Assembly (NCBI GenBank): GCA_026986375.1
Contig: JALSOQ010000010.1
Span: 26,998-90,997 of the forward strand
Length of the DNA: 64,000 nt
Source: Archaeoglobaceae archaeon
GTDB taxonomy: Archaea; Halobacteriota; Archaeoglobi; Archaeoglobales; Archaeoglobaceae
Direction: 5' to 3'
Shown here: in pieces, positions 10,724 to 20,302 of the stretch
Numbering within the stretch: the first letter of the stretch is position 1
How the letters are laid out: each line of letters starts with the position of its first letter
The notes under the pieces: generated by a model
Databases searched by the model: none
Told to the model about the DNA's origin: nothing
The model's input: the letters and a program-made list of their open reading frames with translations, nothing else
Made by a program: the position numbers and the translations under genes

Positions 10724-11699
10724 CGTTAACGAAGAAACCGACTATAATGTTCGTGTAATACGTTACGAACCTCCAGAGGGCAACTAAAATTCCCAAGACT
10801 TCCTGAGGAACGAATTTAGAATAAAGGTAAACCATGCCCGCCTCCGCTATCCCGCTACTCCCCGGTGTAAGCGGAATCAGAGATATTATTACGAGTATAA
10901 ACTGGGCGGTAATCGAAAATAGAAAAGCAGGATCCTGATTCAAAGCGAGCAGAATGGCCGAAGGAACGAGGAACTCGGAAAACCAGATCAGGGACGTGTA
11001 GAGGAGGGAGAGAAAGACCTTTTCCAAAGGATTTTTTAGCATGTTCACCAGAGCCTCGCGGAACATCAGAGTTTCCTCTCTAAACCTTTTTGCGATCCTA
11101 ACCGCCCTTTCCTCTCCAAATCTTCCGAGCTTGATCTGAATCCAGTTGGAGAACCTGTCTATGTTTCTCTCGTCCTTAACGATTGAGTAAAGGAAAACCA
11201 TGAATCCCATCAGACATACCGCAAATACCGCACCCACCTCGAACCCGAACTTCGTCGCGAAGCCCGATAGGGTGACGAACACGGCGAGAGCTACGACGAA
11301 GAATATGGCATCAAGAATTCTCTCCGCCAGAACCACCGCAGTTGCGGATCCGAGGGGAATCTTTTCCGACAGCATCTTTATCCTCAAGGGCTCCCCTCCG
11401 GCGGAGGAGGGTGTTATGGCGGCCAAGAAGGTGCTCGCTATCGATATCTCCAGCGAGTATTTCAGAGGTATGTCCGCGTTCAGCATGGAAGTTAACTGCT
11501 TGAGTCTGACCCCCCAGAAGAACCAGAACAGGGTGTGGAGGAGTAAAGCGAGAGCCAGAAACCTCCAGTCCGCCTTCAGTATAACCTTCCAAGTTACCCT
11601 CGTCTCGGTAAGCTTGAATATGACGATGATTGTTATCAGGCTGACCGCGAGCCCTATCAGCATCGGTTTTGTCGTAGATCTCTTTTCATCGGACTCCAT
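10692..11699 (-). CDS. flippase-like membrane protein (lysylphosphatidylglycerol synthase TM region / UPF0104 family)
   Basis: Multi-TM protein with TPSSAGGEPLR and LTPGSSGIAEAG motifs. Start uncertain: 11699 (MESDEK) or 11663 (MLIG). Lies downstream of and overlaps the GT2 gene. Confidence 0.65.
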   Translation of the reverse strand: MESDEKRSTTKPMLIGLAVSLITIIVIFKLTETRVTWKVILKADWRFLALALLLHTLFWFFWGVRLKQLTSMLNADIPLKYSLEISIASTFLAAITPSSAGGEPLRIKMLSEKIPLGSATAVVLAERILDAIFFVVALAVFVTLSGFATKFGFEVGAVFAVCLMGFMVFLYSIVKDERNIDRFSNWIQIKLGRFGEERAVRIAKRFREETLMFREALVNMLKNPLEKVFLSLLYTSLIWFSEFLVPSAILLALNQDPAFLFSITAQFILVIISLIPLTPGSSGIAEAGMVYLYSKFVPQEVLGILVALWRFVTYYTNIIVGFFVNVRLLKSRYLS

Positions 11700-12637
11700 T
11701 CGACTCCTCTCCCCCTGACGAACTTGACAATCGCACACAGAGCGGAGTATTGCAATAAGATTGTATGAACGAGCAGACCGAACGTTACTAAAACCTTTCT
11801 AAAGCTTCTGAACTCGATGAGCAGTAGAAGTGGGGCGAGCGATAGGAGGGGCAGGAGGATAGCTATGCAGTAAGTTAAAGTTAACGCGGAAAGCCAAGAA
11901 ATTTTAAAGCTAAGGTTTTTCGATGAGAAAACGCAATTCATATACCTCCAGAGTTGAAGTCCGCCGTAATACCACCTCTTCCTTTGAGAGATCAAATCCC
12001 TCCAGCTAATGGGTGCCTGCTCGTAAACCTTCGTGCTTTCTACGAATACGGCTTTGTATCCCATGCAGTGCATCCTCGTCGCGAAGTCCGCATCTTCCGT
12101 AATCGCGTCCTCGTTCAGCCTGTGCTTCATCAGAAGATCCGCCCTAAGAACGCCTATCAGACCGTTGAACTGCTTGAACCCCGACCTCTTCAGCAGGAAG
12201 TTTATCAGACGGTATTCAACCTCGACGGTCTCCGAAACCAAGTTCGTGGGATTCGAGATGAACCTCGGCGAGGATGCTATGTATGCGTTTCGATCTTCTT
12301 TCAAAGCCTCGACGCACTTTACGATGAAATCCCTTTCGGGACGGGAATCCACGTCGAATATCGCTATGTAATCGGGATCGAATTTCCTTAGGTAATCCAG
12401 AGCATCGTTTATAGCCCCAGCCCTCTTCCCCCTCGTGTCTCTCCTTTCCAAAACATCTACTCCCAACTCCCTAAGCTTTAAACCTCTGAGATCGTTCGAA
12501 TCTTTCCTATCGACGACGAATACTATCTTAAAATCGAATCCGTCGTAGTTCAGGGATAGAAGGTGTTTGGCGCAATCTACAACGATTTCCTCGGGTTCGA
12601 ACGGAGATACTGGAACTATTACCGCAACCTTACTCAT
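11657..12637 (-). CDS. glycosyltransferase family 2
   Basis: The VAVIVPV...E N-terminus, DVDSRPE (DxD-like), QRKRW motif and C-terminal TM helices fit GT2. Confidence 0.8.
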   Translation of the reverse strand: MSKVAVIVPVSPFEPEEIVVDCAKHLLSLNYDGFDFKIVFVVDRKDSNDLRGLKLRELGVDVLERRDTRGKRAGAINDALDYLRKFDPDYIAIFDVDSRPERDFIVKCVEALKEDRNAYIASSPRFISNPTNLVSETVEVEYRLINFLLKRSGFKQFNGLIGVLRADLLMKHRLNEDAITEDADFATRMHCMGYKAVFVESTKVYEQAPISWRDLISQRKRWYYGGLQLWRYMNCVFSSKNLSFKISWLSALTLTYCIAILLPLLSLAPLLLLIEFRSFRKVLVTFGLLVHTILLQYSALCAIVKFVRGRGVEWSPMKRDLRQNRC

Positions 12638-12857
12638 AGATCTCCCTTTTAATTTCCTCCATGACCTTCAGAAGGGTCTTCTCGAAATCGGTGGCGCGTT
12701 CGAGCAAATTTCTAAGCCCGAACTCCTCCATCTCCTCCCTCATCTCGGGATGGGACTTCACGAATTCCTCCAAACTCGTCGTTATCGCTCTCACATCCCC
12801 ATAGATCTCGTTCAGCAACGCGAGCATAAGCATGAGCTTGGCCTTTCTGTCGAACAT
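12630..12857 (-). CDS. small helical hypothetical protein
   Basis: 75-aa ORF packed between cbf5 and the GT2 gene. Overlaps the GT2 start by 8 nt. Confidence 0.35.
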   Translation of the reverse strand: MFDRKAKLMLMLALLNEIYGDVRAITTSLEEFVKSHPEMREEMEEFGLRNLLERATDFEKTLLKVMEEIKREIYE

Positions 12858-12859
12858 GG

Positions 12860-13861
12860 CTATCCCTTCTTCCAGAAGGAAGGATACGTTCCCCTCTCCA
12901 TTATAACCCTCGTAACGTCCACCACGACTCCGCCCCTAACCTTCAGCATGTCTTCGGCGTCCATCAGAGCCTTTCCCAAGGCTACGAGTTCGTTCTTAAG
13001 CGTGAATATCGCAACGAGCTCTCCCTTCTTGACCGTCTTTTCTATGTATAGAATACCCTTGGCGGTTAAATCCGCTCCGTGGCAGATAGCATCCACTGCC
13101 GTATCCTTTATCACTATCTTCGGAACGTTTACCACGGCGAGCTCCATCGGCTTTATTATCTCCCTAAGATACTTCTCCTCCCCTCCCTCCTTCCAGAAGA
13201 CGTAAGCGTCGAGGAGATCGTGGAGTGTGTAGCACATGCTCTCGTCGAATATTCCCGTTCTGGTTCTCCTCAACTCCTGCATGTGCGCTCCGCATCCCAA
13301 AACCTCTCCTATGTCCGTGCAGAGCTTTCTTATGTAAGTTCCGGCTTCGGTCGTGACCTTGAAAAGGACGTCCCTACCCTCTATTTCGAGAACCTCTATT
13401 TTGTATATCGTCCTAACCCTGAGCCTCTTTTTAACTGCGGACTTCAACGGAGGACGCTGGTATATCTTCCCCTCGAACAGCTTGAGAACCCTCCTTATCT
13501 CCTCCTCCCTAACGTCCCCGTGCAACCTCATGAGGCACACGTATTCCTTCTCTGAACCCTGCAGAATCCTGACGAGCTTGGTCGCGTCCTCTATCATGAT
13601 GGGCAAAACTCCCGTAACCCTCGGATCAAGAGTTCCGGTGTGCCCGGTCTTCTGGACGTTCAGAATTCTCCTGACCCATACCACGACCTCGTGACTGCTC
13701 GGGCCCATGGGTTTGTCTATCACGACGAAACCCTTGCGGATGTATTCCTCGATCGGACGGTTGAAGGGGTAACAGCCGTAGCTCTCGTCGGTGCTTCCCT
13801 CCTCCTTTACGTAAAACCTCTCCTCGAAGTTCTTCTCCTTGGTAATCTCCTTTGCGAGCAT
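12860..13861 (-). CDS. cbf5: H/ACA RNP pseudouridine synthase Cbf5 (TruB family)
   Basis: GHTGTLDP catalytic Asp motif and a C-terminal PUA-like region. The start at MLAKEITKE (13861) is preferred over 13906. Confidence 0.85.
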   Translation of the reverse strand: MLAKEITKEKNFEERFYVKEEGSTDESYGCYPFNRPIEEYIRKGFVVIDKPMGPSSHEVVVWVRRILNVQKTGHTGTLDPRVTGVLPIMIEDATKLVRILQGSEKEYVCLMRLHGDVREEEIRRVLKLFEGKIYQRPPLKSAVKKRLRVRTIYKIEVLEIEGRDVLFKVTTEAGTYIRKLCTDIGEVLGCGAHMQELRRTRTGIFDESMCYTLHDLLDAYVFWKEGGEEKYLREIIKPMELAVVNVPKIVIKDTAVDAICHGADLTAKGILYIEKTVKKGELVAIFTLKNELVALGKALMDAEDMLKVRGGVVVDVTRVIMERGTYPSFWKKG

Positions 13862-13902
13862 GCTTGAAAAAAATCGGAGCGGAGATATATAAGTTGTTCG
13901 AC

Positions 13903-14967
13903 TCAAGCCACTCCAGTCTTTCTCAAAACAAGTTCGAATTCGTCCTTACTCGGATTTACGTCCTCTAAAATCGTGTATCTCTTTTTTCGGATGTTCTTGG
14001 CGAACACCAAAGCCTCCAAAACCTGCTCCTTCGTTAGCCCTATCTCCTTCGCCATCGTCGGAGCCTGAACCCTTTCAAGGGATTCCTTAACGAGAACCCA
14101 GTCCCCCTCGCCGTAGTGCTTTTCGTGCAAATATTCCATTATGATCGTTCCTAAAGCGACTTGCTCGCCGTGAGTTCCGTTTCCGTAGCCGAGGATGTCC
14201 AAAGCGTGGCTGAACTTGTGCTCCGAACCGCTCGCAGGCCTACTACTCCCAGCGATGGCTATCGCGACCCCGCTCAGTATGAGCCCCCTTACGAGCATCT
14301 CCAAATTTTCCCTCAAACTTTTATCGCTCGCGAGCATTAGGTTTGCCGGCATTATAGCCATGCTCGCGGCGACTTCGTTGAAGTCCTCACCAACCTTATC
14401 CTTCGCGAGTTTCCAATCCTTAACCGCAACCACGTTCGAAATCAGATCCCCGTAGCCTGAGCGTAGCAACCTTATGGGGCTGTGCCTCAGTATCGTCAAA
14501 TCGGCTAAAACAGCCGTTGGAGGATCTACCAAAATCGAAACTGCCTTCCCGTTCTCTCTAAAGCTTGCAACCGGAGAAGCGATTCCGTCGTGCGAAGGGG
14601 CGGTGGGAACGCTTACGAACGGAACCTTAAGCTCCGAAGCTACAACCTTCGCTACATCCAAAACCTTACCTCCTCCAACACCCACGACGCCGTCCACGTC
14701 GGAATAGCCTATGGACACTATCACGTTCTTCGCAACGTCGATCTTAGATTCTTCAACGAAAAACTTGTCCGATACGAAATCGGATATCTTCTCCTCTATC
14801 TTCTTTCCGGCTACCTCGTAGGACCTTCTTCCGGTGATCATTATAGCCGACGAAACTTTCAGCTTTTCCAGCACGTCTCCAACCTTCTTCCTCGCGTTCT
14901 CGCTTATCTCGACTATCAGAGGTATCTCGACGCTTTTGGCCATAGCAGTGCTTAAGAGGGAGATCAT
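13903..14967 (-). CDS. egsA: NAD(P)-dependent sn-glycerol-1-phosphate dehydrogenase
   Basis: Fe-ADH/DHQS-like fold signatures (GVGGGKVLDVAK, SGSEHKFSHAL) and about 350 aa. The alternative start is at 14943. Confidence 0.85.
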   Translation of the reverse strand: MISLLSTAMAKSVEIPLIVEISENARKKVGDVLEKLKVSSAIMITGRRSYEVAGKKIEEKISDFVSDKFFVEESKIDVAKNVIVSIGYSDVDGVVGVGGGKVLDVAKVVASELKVPFVSVPTAPSHDGIASPVASFRENGKAVSILVDPPTAVLADLTILRHSPIRLLRSGYGDLISNVVAVKDWKLAKDKVGEDFNEVAASMAIMPANLMLASDKSLRENLEMLVRGLILSGVAIAIAGSSRPASGSEHKFSHALDILGYGNGTHGEQVALGTIIMEYLHEKHYGEGDWVLVKESLERVQAPTMAKEIGLTKEQVLEALVFAKNIRKKRYTILEDVNPSKDEFELVLRKTGVA

Positions 14968-14985
14968 TTTAAGGCTACCGAAATG

Positions 14986-15016
14986 TTTATATATTTTATT
15001 ATTAACCTAAGGTTAG
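14986..15016 (+). promoter_or_regulatory. TATA-like box (TTTATATA, 14986-14993) followed by an imperfect palindrome TTAAC-CTAAG-GTTAG (15002-15016). Candidate HSR1 operator.
   Basis: Read directly in the sequence, 30 nt upstream of the ATG at 15046. Matches the CTAAC-N5-GTTAG form I recall for the A. fulgidus HSR1 site, with one mismatch. Confidence 0.5.
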
Positions 15017-15045
15017 TAACAAACATACAGCGATGAGGTGGTGCC

Positions 15046-15708
15046 ATGGACATCGACGAGATACTCGAAGTGCTCGGAAACGAGAGCAGAAGGAGGATTC
15101 TATCGCTGTTAGCCAAGAAACCCTGCTACGTCAGCGAGATCTCTTATTCACTAAAGATGGCTCCAAAAGTCGTGCTCGAACACTTGGAAAAGCTCGAAAA
15201 GGTTGGATTGGTCAGAAGCTTCGAGGAAGGTAGGAGGAGATACTACTACATAGACAAGAGCGTCAGGTTGGAGATATCCATAACCCCTCACAGATTCCAT
15301 GCGGAAATATCTACGGGAAACAACTTAGAAATAAACTCGGAGCTCGAAAAGATTTCAGAAATGGTCAAAAGTTTCGACTTCGGGGCGAAGGGCATTTCCG
15401 ATCTCAACAGAGTTCTGTGTAAGGTGGAGGAACTTCAGAGGATGTTTTCGAGACTTCAGAGTGCTATAAATTCGAAGATAAACGATCTGTTCGAGGAAAT
15501 GGTTGAAGAAATTGAGAGAGTTTCGGAAAACGTGTCGGAGAGGTTGGTTCTGCTCGGCCTTGCGAAGGGTCTAAGCAGGGTCTCCCAACTCGCCGAGGAG
15601 TTAGGTCTGTCTTATAGAGATGTTGAGAGAACTCTTGAGAATTTGGAGAAAAGGGGTTTGGTTGAGAGGGTTGTTGTGGGTGGAGACGTAATTTGGAGGA
15701 TAAGGTGA
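15046..15708 (+). CDS. ArsR/winged-helix transcription regulator, HSR1-like heat shock regulator
   Basis: N-terminal wHTH (LGNESRRRILSLLAKKPCYVSEISYSLKMAPKVVLEHLEKLEKVGLV) plus a second C-terminal wHTH-like segment. First gene of the regulator-cdc48-hsp20 arrangement. Confidence 0.65.
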   Translation: MDIDEILEVLGNESRRRILSLLAKKPCYVSEISYSLKMAPKVVLEHLEKLEKVGLVRSFEEGRRRYYYIDKSVRLEISITPHRFHAEISTGNNLEINSELEKISEMVKSFDFGAKGISDLNRVLCKVEELQRMFSRLQSAINSKINDLFEEMVEEIERVSENVSERLVLLGLAKGLSRVSQLAEELGLSYRDVERTLENLEKRGLVERVVVGGDVIWRIR

Positions 15709-15760
15709 CGCGATGGTTTTATATATTGGAATTATCATAATAATGGTGAGGTGATGTCTT

Positions 15761-18700
15761 GTGGCGAAGGGTGAGAAGAAGGAGGCGGTGCTTAGGGTCG
15801 CTGAGGCTTACTACAGGGATGTCGGAAGGAGCATAGCGAGGGTAGATCCGGAGGTAATGGAGGAATTGGGTCTGCAAAGCGGTGACATAATCGAAATAAT
15901 AGGTAAGGAATCGGTTCCGGCGATAGTCTGGCCCGGTTATCCTGAAGACAGAGGAAAGAAGATCATCAGGATAGACGGTAGTCTCAGGAGCAACGCCGGA
16001 GTCGGAATAGACGACAAGGTCAGAATCAGGAAAGTTGAAGCTAAGCCGGCGGAGAAGATAGTCATAGCTCCTACCGAGCCGGTAAGGATAATGGGAGGAG
16101 AGGCTTACCTCTTAAGACTTCTCGAAGGAAGGCCGGTGAAGAGGGGACAGAAGATCAGGGTGGAGGTATTTGGACACGTCCTGACGTTCGTAATAGTTTC
16201 CACGAAGCCTTCCGGGGTCGTAATAGTGAACAGAAACACCGTGATCGATCTGAAGGAGAAGCCGGTCGAGGAGGTAAGGAGGAACGTTCCGAACGTTACC
16301 TACGAGGACATCGGAGGGCTGAAGAGGGAGCTCAGGCTCGTTAGGGAGATGATAGAACTACCGCTGAAGCATCCGGAACTCTTCCAGCGCTTGGGCATAG
16401 AACCTCCTAAAGGTGTGCTTCTATACGGTCCACCCGGAACCGGAAAGACGCTCATAGCTAAAGCCGTTGCGAACGAGGTCGATGCTCACTTCATAAGCAT
16501 AAGCGGGCCGGAGATAATGAGCAAGTATTACGGTGAGTCGGAGCAGAGGTTGAGGGAGATTTTCGAGGAGGCGAAGGAGAACGCACCTTCGATAATATTC
16601 ATCGACGAAATAGATGCCATAGCTCCGAAGAGGGAGGAGGTTACTGGAGAAGTTGAGAGGAGAGTAGTTGCACAACTTCTAACGCTGATGGACGGGTTGG
16701 AGGCGAGGGGAGATGTCATAGTTATCGGAGCTACCAACAGGCCGGATGCCATAGATCCCGCCTTAAGAAGACCGGGAAGGTTCGACAGGGAGATAGAGAT
16801 AGGAGTGCCGGACAGGGAGGGAAGAAAGGAGATCCTCCAGATCCATACGAGGGGAATGCCAATAGAGCCGGATTACAGCAAAACAGACGTGCTTAAGGTT
16901 CTGAGGAAGATGAAGGAGGAAGGAAAAGACGTAGATAAATTCATAGAGAAGGTCGAGAAAGCGACAAGCGAGGAGGAGATAGTCAAGATACTGAAGGAGG
17001 ACGAGGAGATATTCAACGAGGTCAAGAACAGGCTGATAGATCTAATGCTTGAGGAGCTTGCGGACTTAACGGTGGGATTCGTAGGAGCGGATCTTGCTGC
17101 TTTGGCGAAGGAGGCTGCGATGCACGCTTTGAGGAAGAGGATAGAGAGGGGAGAGATAGACATCGAAGCAGAGGAGATTCCGGAGGAGGTTCTTGAGAAC
17201 TTGAAGGTTACTAAGGAGGACTTCATGGAGGCTTTGAAGCTCATAGAGCCTTCTGCGATGAGGGAAGTCTTAGTGGAGGTTCCGAAGGCAACTTGGGATG
17301 ATGTGGGTGGCTTAGAGCATGCGAAGCAGGAGCTGAGGGAGGCGATAGAGTGGCCTCTCAAGTATCCAGACATCTACAGAGCAACGGGAATAAAGCCTCC
17401 TAAGGGAATACTTCTCTACGGTCCACCGGGAACTGGAAAAACTCTGCTTGCGAAGGCTGTGGCGAACGAGGCGAACGCGAACTTCATAAGCGTCAAGGGG
17501 CCTGAATTGCTCAGCAAGTGGGTTGGTGAGTCGATAACTGGAGATGAACTCGTGCTTGCGAAGATCAACGGTAAGCTCAAGGTTCTGACGGCCGAGGAGC
17601 TCTATGAGAGATGGATGGAAGGTGACGATATAGAGATACCGTGTGTAAGGTTTGATGAGAAGAGAGTAGTCTTTTCAAAGCTTGAGAGGGTTTCGAGGCA
17701 TAAGAGGAGAAGCGAGATATACGAGATAAGGACGAAGAGTGGCAGAACTGTAAAGGTTACAGCGGATCATTCCGTGTTCACGGTTAGAAACGGGAAAATC
17801 GCTGTCGTTCCCACTTCCGAACTTAGAAGGGGAGACTGGGTGATAGTTCCGCAGAGGATTCCCGATCTCGACTGCAACGAGATCGAGGGTGTTAAGATCA
17901 ACGAGGATCTAGCACTATTGATCGGTCTCTACATAGCCGAAGGTTCGATGAACAAAGATAGAGTTAGAATTCACACGAGGGATGAGGAGGTGATAGAGAA
18001 GCTTAACGAGATATGCGAGAGGCTGGGCCTTGAGGGTAGATACTACGAGGACGGAAGCTATCACATAAAGGGACTTACGTTCTTCGAACACTTCGGAGTT
18101 GGAGCGAAGAACAAGAGGCTCGGAGATGCGCTATCGCTTAGAAAGGATCTTCTGGCAAAGGTTCTGATGGGATACTTCAGCGGGGACGGATCGTTCTATC
18201 TGAAAGATCACGGAAGATCGGCTTTCATAGAGGCCATAACGGTCAGTAGAGAGTTGGCGAACGAGTTACTTGTTGCCCTTCAGAGGTTCGGAATAGTTGC
18301 AAACATCAAGGTTAGGAGGAACAGAAAGGGTAACGTGGAGTACAGAATAATGATCGGAAGAACCGAGTTCATTAGGGCGTTTGCGGAGCACATAGGGTTC
18401 ATACAGAAGAGGAAGATGGTTAAGCTGAACGAATTCCTGCTCAGCAGAAAGTGGACGAGAGGTAAGACCGACGTTCCGGCTGAAATCGTTGGTTCCAGCC
18501 ATGTCGTCTGCGACAGAACGGCATTAAAGTTGGGATACATCGTAGGAGAGCTGTTCTTCGATAAGATAGTTTCGATAAGAAAGCTTAACAGAAACGATGA
18601 GTACGTTTACGACTTGGTTGAGGTTGTAGAGGGACAGAACTTCATAGCCGGAGGGATAGTCGTCCACAACAGCGAAAAGCACGTCAGAGATATGTTCAGA

Positions 18701-19390
18701 AAGGCGAAGCAAGTGGCTCCGTGCATACTGTTCTTCGATGAAATCGACGCTTTGGCTCCGAGGAGGGGAATGGGAGGAGATACGCACGTTACGGAGAGGG
18801 TTGTAAGCCAGCTATTGACGGAGTTGGACGGAATAGAGGAGCTTAAGGATGTCTTCGTTATAGCGGCTACGAACAGACCCGACATGATAGATCCGGCTCT
18901 GCTCAGGCCGGGTAGGATAGAGAGGCACATCTACATACCTCCTCCGGACAAGGAGGGAAGGAAGGAGATATTCAAGATCCACCTGAGGGGTAAGCCTTTA
19001 GCATACGACGACGAGGATGTGAGGAAGGCTGCCGAAAGGCTCGGAATGGACGTCAAGAGCGTCGAGGAGATGAAGAAGCTCAGCGAGGAGGAAAGGAGAA
19101 AGCTTGAGGAGGCAATAAGGGATGTTATATGCGAGTGGCTTGCAGAGAGGACCGAGAGATACACCGGTGCGGACATAGAGGCGGTTTGTAGGGAGGCAGG
19201 AATGCTCGCGATAAGGGAGGCGGTAAAGCCGGGGATGACTAAGGAGGAAGCCAAGGAAATAGCTAACAGAATAAGGATTACGAAGGACCATCTTAAGAAG
19301 GCGATCGAAAGGATTAAGCCGAGTTTGACCGAAGATGATCTTAAGAGGTATGAGAAGATTGCGGAAGACTTCAGGAGGATGTACGCTTAA
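15761..19390 (+). CDS. cdc48: CDC48/VCP-type double AAA+ ATPase, intein-containing precursor
   Basis: N-domain, D1 ([26 protein letters not shown]) and D2 ([26 protein letters not shown]). D2 is interrupted by a 380-aa insertion. Confidence 0.9.
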   Translation: MAKGEKKEAVLRVAEAYYRDVGRSIARVDPEVMEELGLQSGDIIEIIGKESVPAIVWPGYPEDRGKKIIRIDGSLRSNAGVGIDDKVRIRKVEAKPAEKIVIAPTEPVRIMGGEAYLLRLLEGRPVKRGQKIRVEVFGHVLTFVIVSTKPSGVVIVNRNTVIDLKEKPVEEVRRNVPNVTYEDIGGLKRELRLVREMIELPLKHPELFQRLGIEPPKGVLLYGPPGTGKTLIAKAVANEVDAHFISISGPEIMSKYYGESEQRLREIFEEAKENAPSIIFIDEIDAIAPKREEVTGEVERRVVAQLLTLMDGLEARGDVIVIGATNRPDAIDPALRRPGRFDREIEIGVPDREGRKEILQIHTRGMPIEPDYSKTDVLKVLRKMKEEGKDVDKFIEKVEKATSEEEIVKILKEDEEIFNEVKNRLIDLMLEELADLTVGFVGADLAALAKEAAMHALRKRIERGEIDIEAEEIPEEVLENLKVTKEDFMEALKLIEPSAMREVLVEVPKATWDDVGGLEHAKQELREAIEWPLKYPDIYRATGIKPPKGILLYGPPGTGKTLLAKAVANEANANFISVKGPELLSKWVGESITGDELVLAKINGKLKVLTAEELYERWMEGDDIEIPCVRFDEKRVVFSKLERVSRHKRRSEIYEIRTKSGRTVKVTADHSVFTVRNGKIAVVPTSELRRGDWVIVPQRIPDLDCNEIEGVKINEDLALLIGLYIAEGSMNKDRVRIHTRDEEVIEKLNEICERLGLEGRYYEDGSYHIKGLTFFEHFGVGAKNKRLGDALSLRKDLLAKVLMGYFSGDGSFYLKDHGRSAFIEAITVSRELANELLVALQRFGIVANIKVRRNRKGNVEYRIMIGRTEFIRAFAEHIGFIQKRKMVKLNEFLLSRKWTRGKTDVPAEIVGSSHVVCDRTALKLGYIVGELFFDKIVSIRKLNRNDEYVYDLVEVVEGQNFIAGGIVVHNSEKHVRDMFRKAKQVAPCILFFDEIDALAPRRGMGGDTHVTERVVSQLLTELDGIEELKDVFVIAATNRPDMIDPALLRPGRIERHIYIPPPDKEGRKEIFKIHLRGKPLAYDDEDVRKAAERLGMDVKSVEEMKKLSEEERRKLEEAIRDVICEWLAERTERYTGADIEAVCREAGMLAIREAVKPGMTKEEAKEIANRIRITKDHLKKAIERIKPSLTEDDLKRYEKIAEDFRRMYA
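17531..18670 (+). mobile_element. intein with a LAGLIDADG homing endonuclease domain, inserted in Cdc48 D2 between WVGE and SEKHVR
   Basis: Begins SITGDELVL (Ser1). Contains TADH (block B) and two LAGLIDADG motifs ([24 protein letters not shown]). Ends GGIVVHN, followed by Ser+1. Removing it restores ...[15 protein letters not shown]..., parallel to D1 [15 protein letters not shown]. Confidence 0.85.
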
Positions 19391-19404
19391 CGGAGGTGAG
19401 TCGT

Positions 19405-19932
19405 ATGGTTTGGAGGAGGAGAAAGAGGGATTGGGAGGACATATTCGAGGAGTTCTTCGGTAGGGAGTTCGAAATATTCGACGACATATTCGAGAGGATG
19501 ATGAGGGACATCGAGGAGATGCTGAGGCTCGCGGAGAGAGGGGAGATCAAGCCGATAGTCAGGGGATTCTCCATAAGAATAGGACCGGACGGAAAGCCCG
19601 AAATAAAGGAGTTCGGAACCAAGCCGGAGGCGCTCGTGAGGGAGGGAGTTGAGGAGAGAAGACCGCTGATAGACGTCATAGAGACGGACGATGAGGTTCA
19701 GGTTATAGCGGAGATGCCCGGAGTTAGGAAGGAGGACATAGATCTGAACGCTACCGAGAGGACGCTCGAAATAAAGGCTGAGGGAGAGAACAGGAGGTAT
19801 CACGAGATAGTGGAACTGCCGTGTGAAGTAATCCCAGACTCGGCGAAGGCGAGATACAATAACGGAGTTCTCGAAGTGGTGTTCAAGAAGAAGCACCCGG
19901 AGAGGAAGGGCAAAAAGATTAAGGTCGAGTGA
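19405..19932 (+). CDS. hsp20: Hsp20/alpha-crystallin family small heat shock protein
   Basis: Alpha-crystallin domain (DVIETDDEVQVIAEMPGVRKEDIDL ... ARYNNGVLEV). GGAGGTGA lies 5 nt upstream of the ATG at 19405; the track GTG at 19396 is less likely. Confidence 0.9.
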   Translation: MVWRRRKRDWEDIFEEFFGREFEIFDDIFERMMRDIEEMLRLAERGEIKPIVRGFSIRIGPDGKPEIKEFGTKPEALVREGVEERRPLIDVIETDDEVQVIAEMPGVRKEDIDLNATERTLEIKAEGENRRYHEIVELPCEVIPDSAKARYNNGVLEVVFKKKHPERKGKKIKVE

Positions 19933-20124
19933 TCAGTGCGGCGTGCTCAGAAACATCAGCAACAGAAATCCGAAGAGCATTAGGAACATGAATATCGTGA
20001 AGTTCCTCTGCCTTTTTCTTTCTTTATTCCAGGCCTCTTCACATTCGTCGCTACAGAACGTTTTGTCCGGTTCTATAGCCTTCCCGCAAACTATACAGTG
20101 CCTGTGAGGAACTATTCCGGGCAT
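19933..20124 (-). CDS. small zinc-ribbon protein with a C-terminal TM helix (DUF2116-like)
   Basis: HCIVCGKAI...FCSDECEE Cys pattern plus a hydrophobic tail; 63 aa. Confidence 0.5.
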   Translation of the reverse strand: MPGIVPHRHCIVCGKAIEPDKTFCSDECEEAWNKERKRQRNFTIFMFLMLFGFLLLMFLSTPH

Positions 20125-20166
20125 AAGTTCAGTAGTGTGAATGCCAATTTAAGCTTTCTGTTAAAA

Positions 20167-20250
20167 CGCCGGGGGTGGGATTCGAACCCACGCGTCCCTT
20201 ACGGGACACGGGCTCTCCAGGCCCGCGCCTTACCACTCGGCAACCCCGGC
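20167..20250 (-). tRNA. tRNA-Ser (anticodon GGA)
   Basis: Reverse complement folds as GCCGGGG/CCCCGGC acceptor, anticodon stem CGGGC/GCCCG with loop CUGGAGA, a long variable arm, and T arm GTGGG-TTCGAAT-CCCAC. No encoded CCA. Confidence 0.9.
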
Positions 20251-20302
20251 TCAAATTAAGTTTAACTGCAGAGTTTTTAAACCCTTCCCTCATGCTTCGA
20301 GA

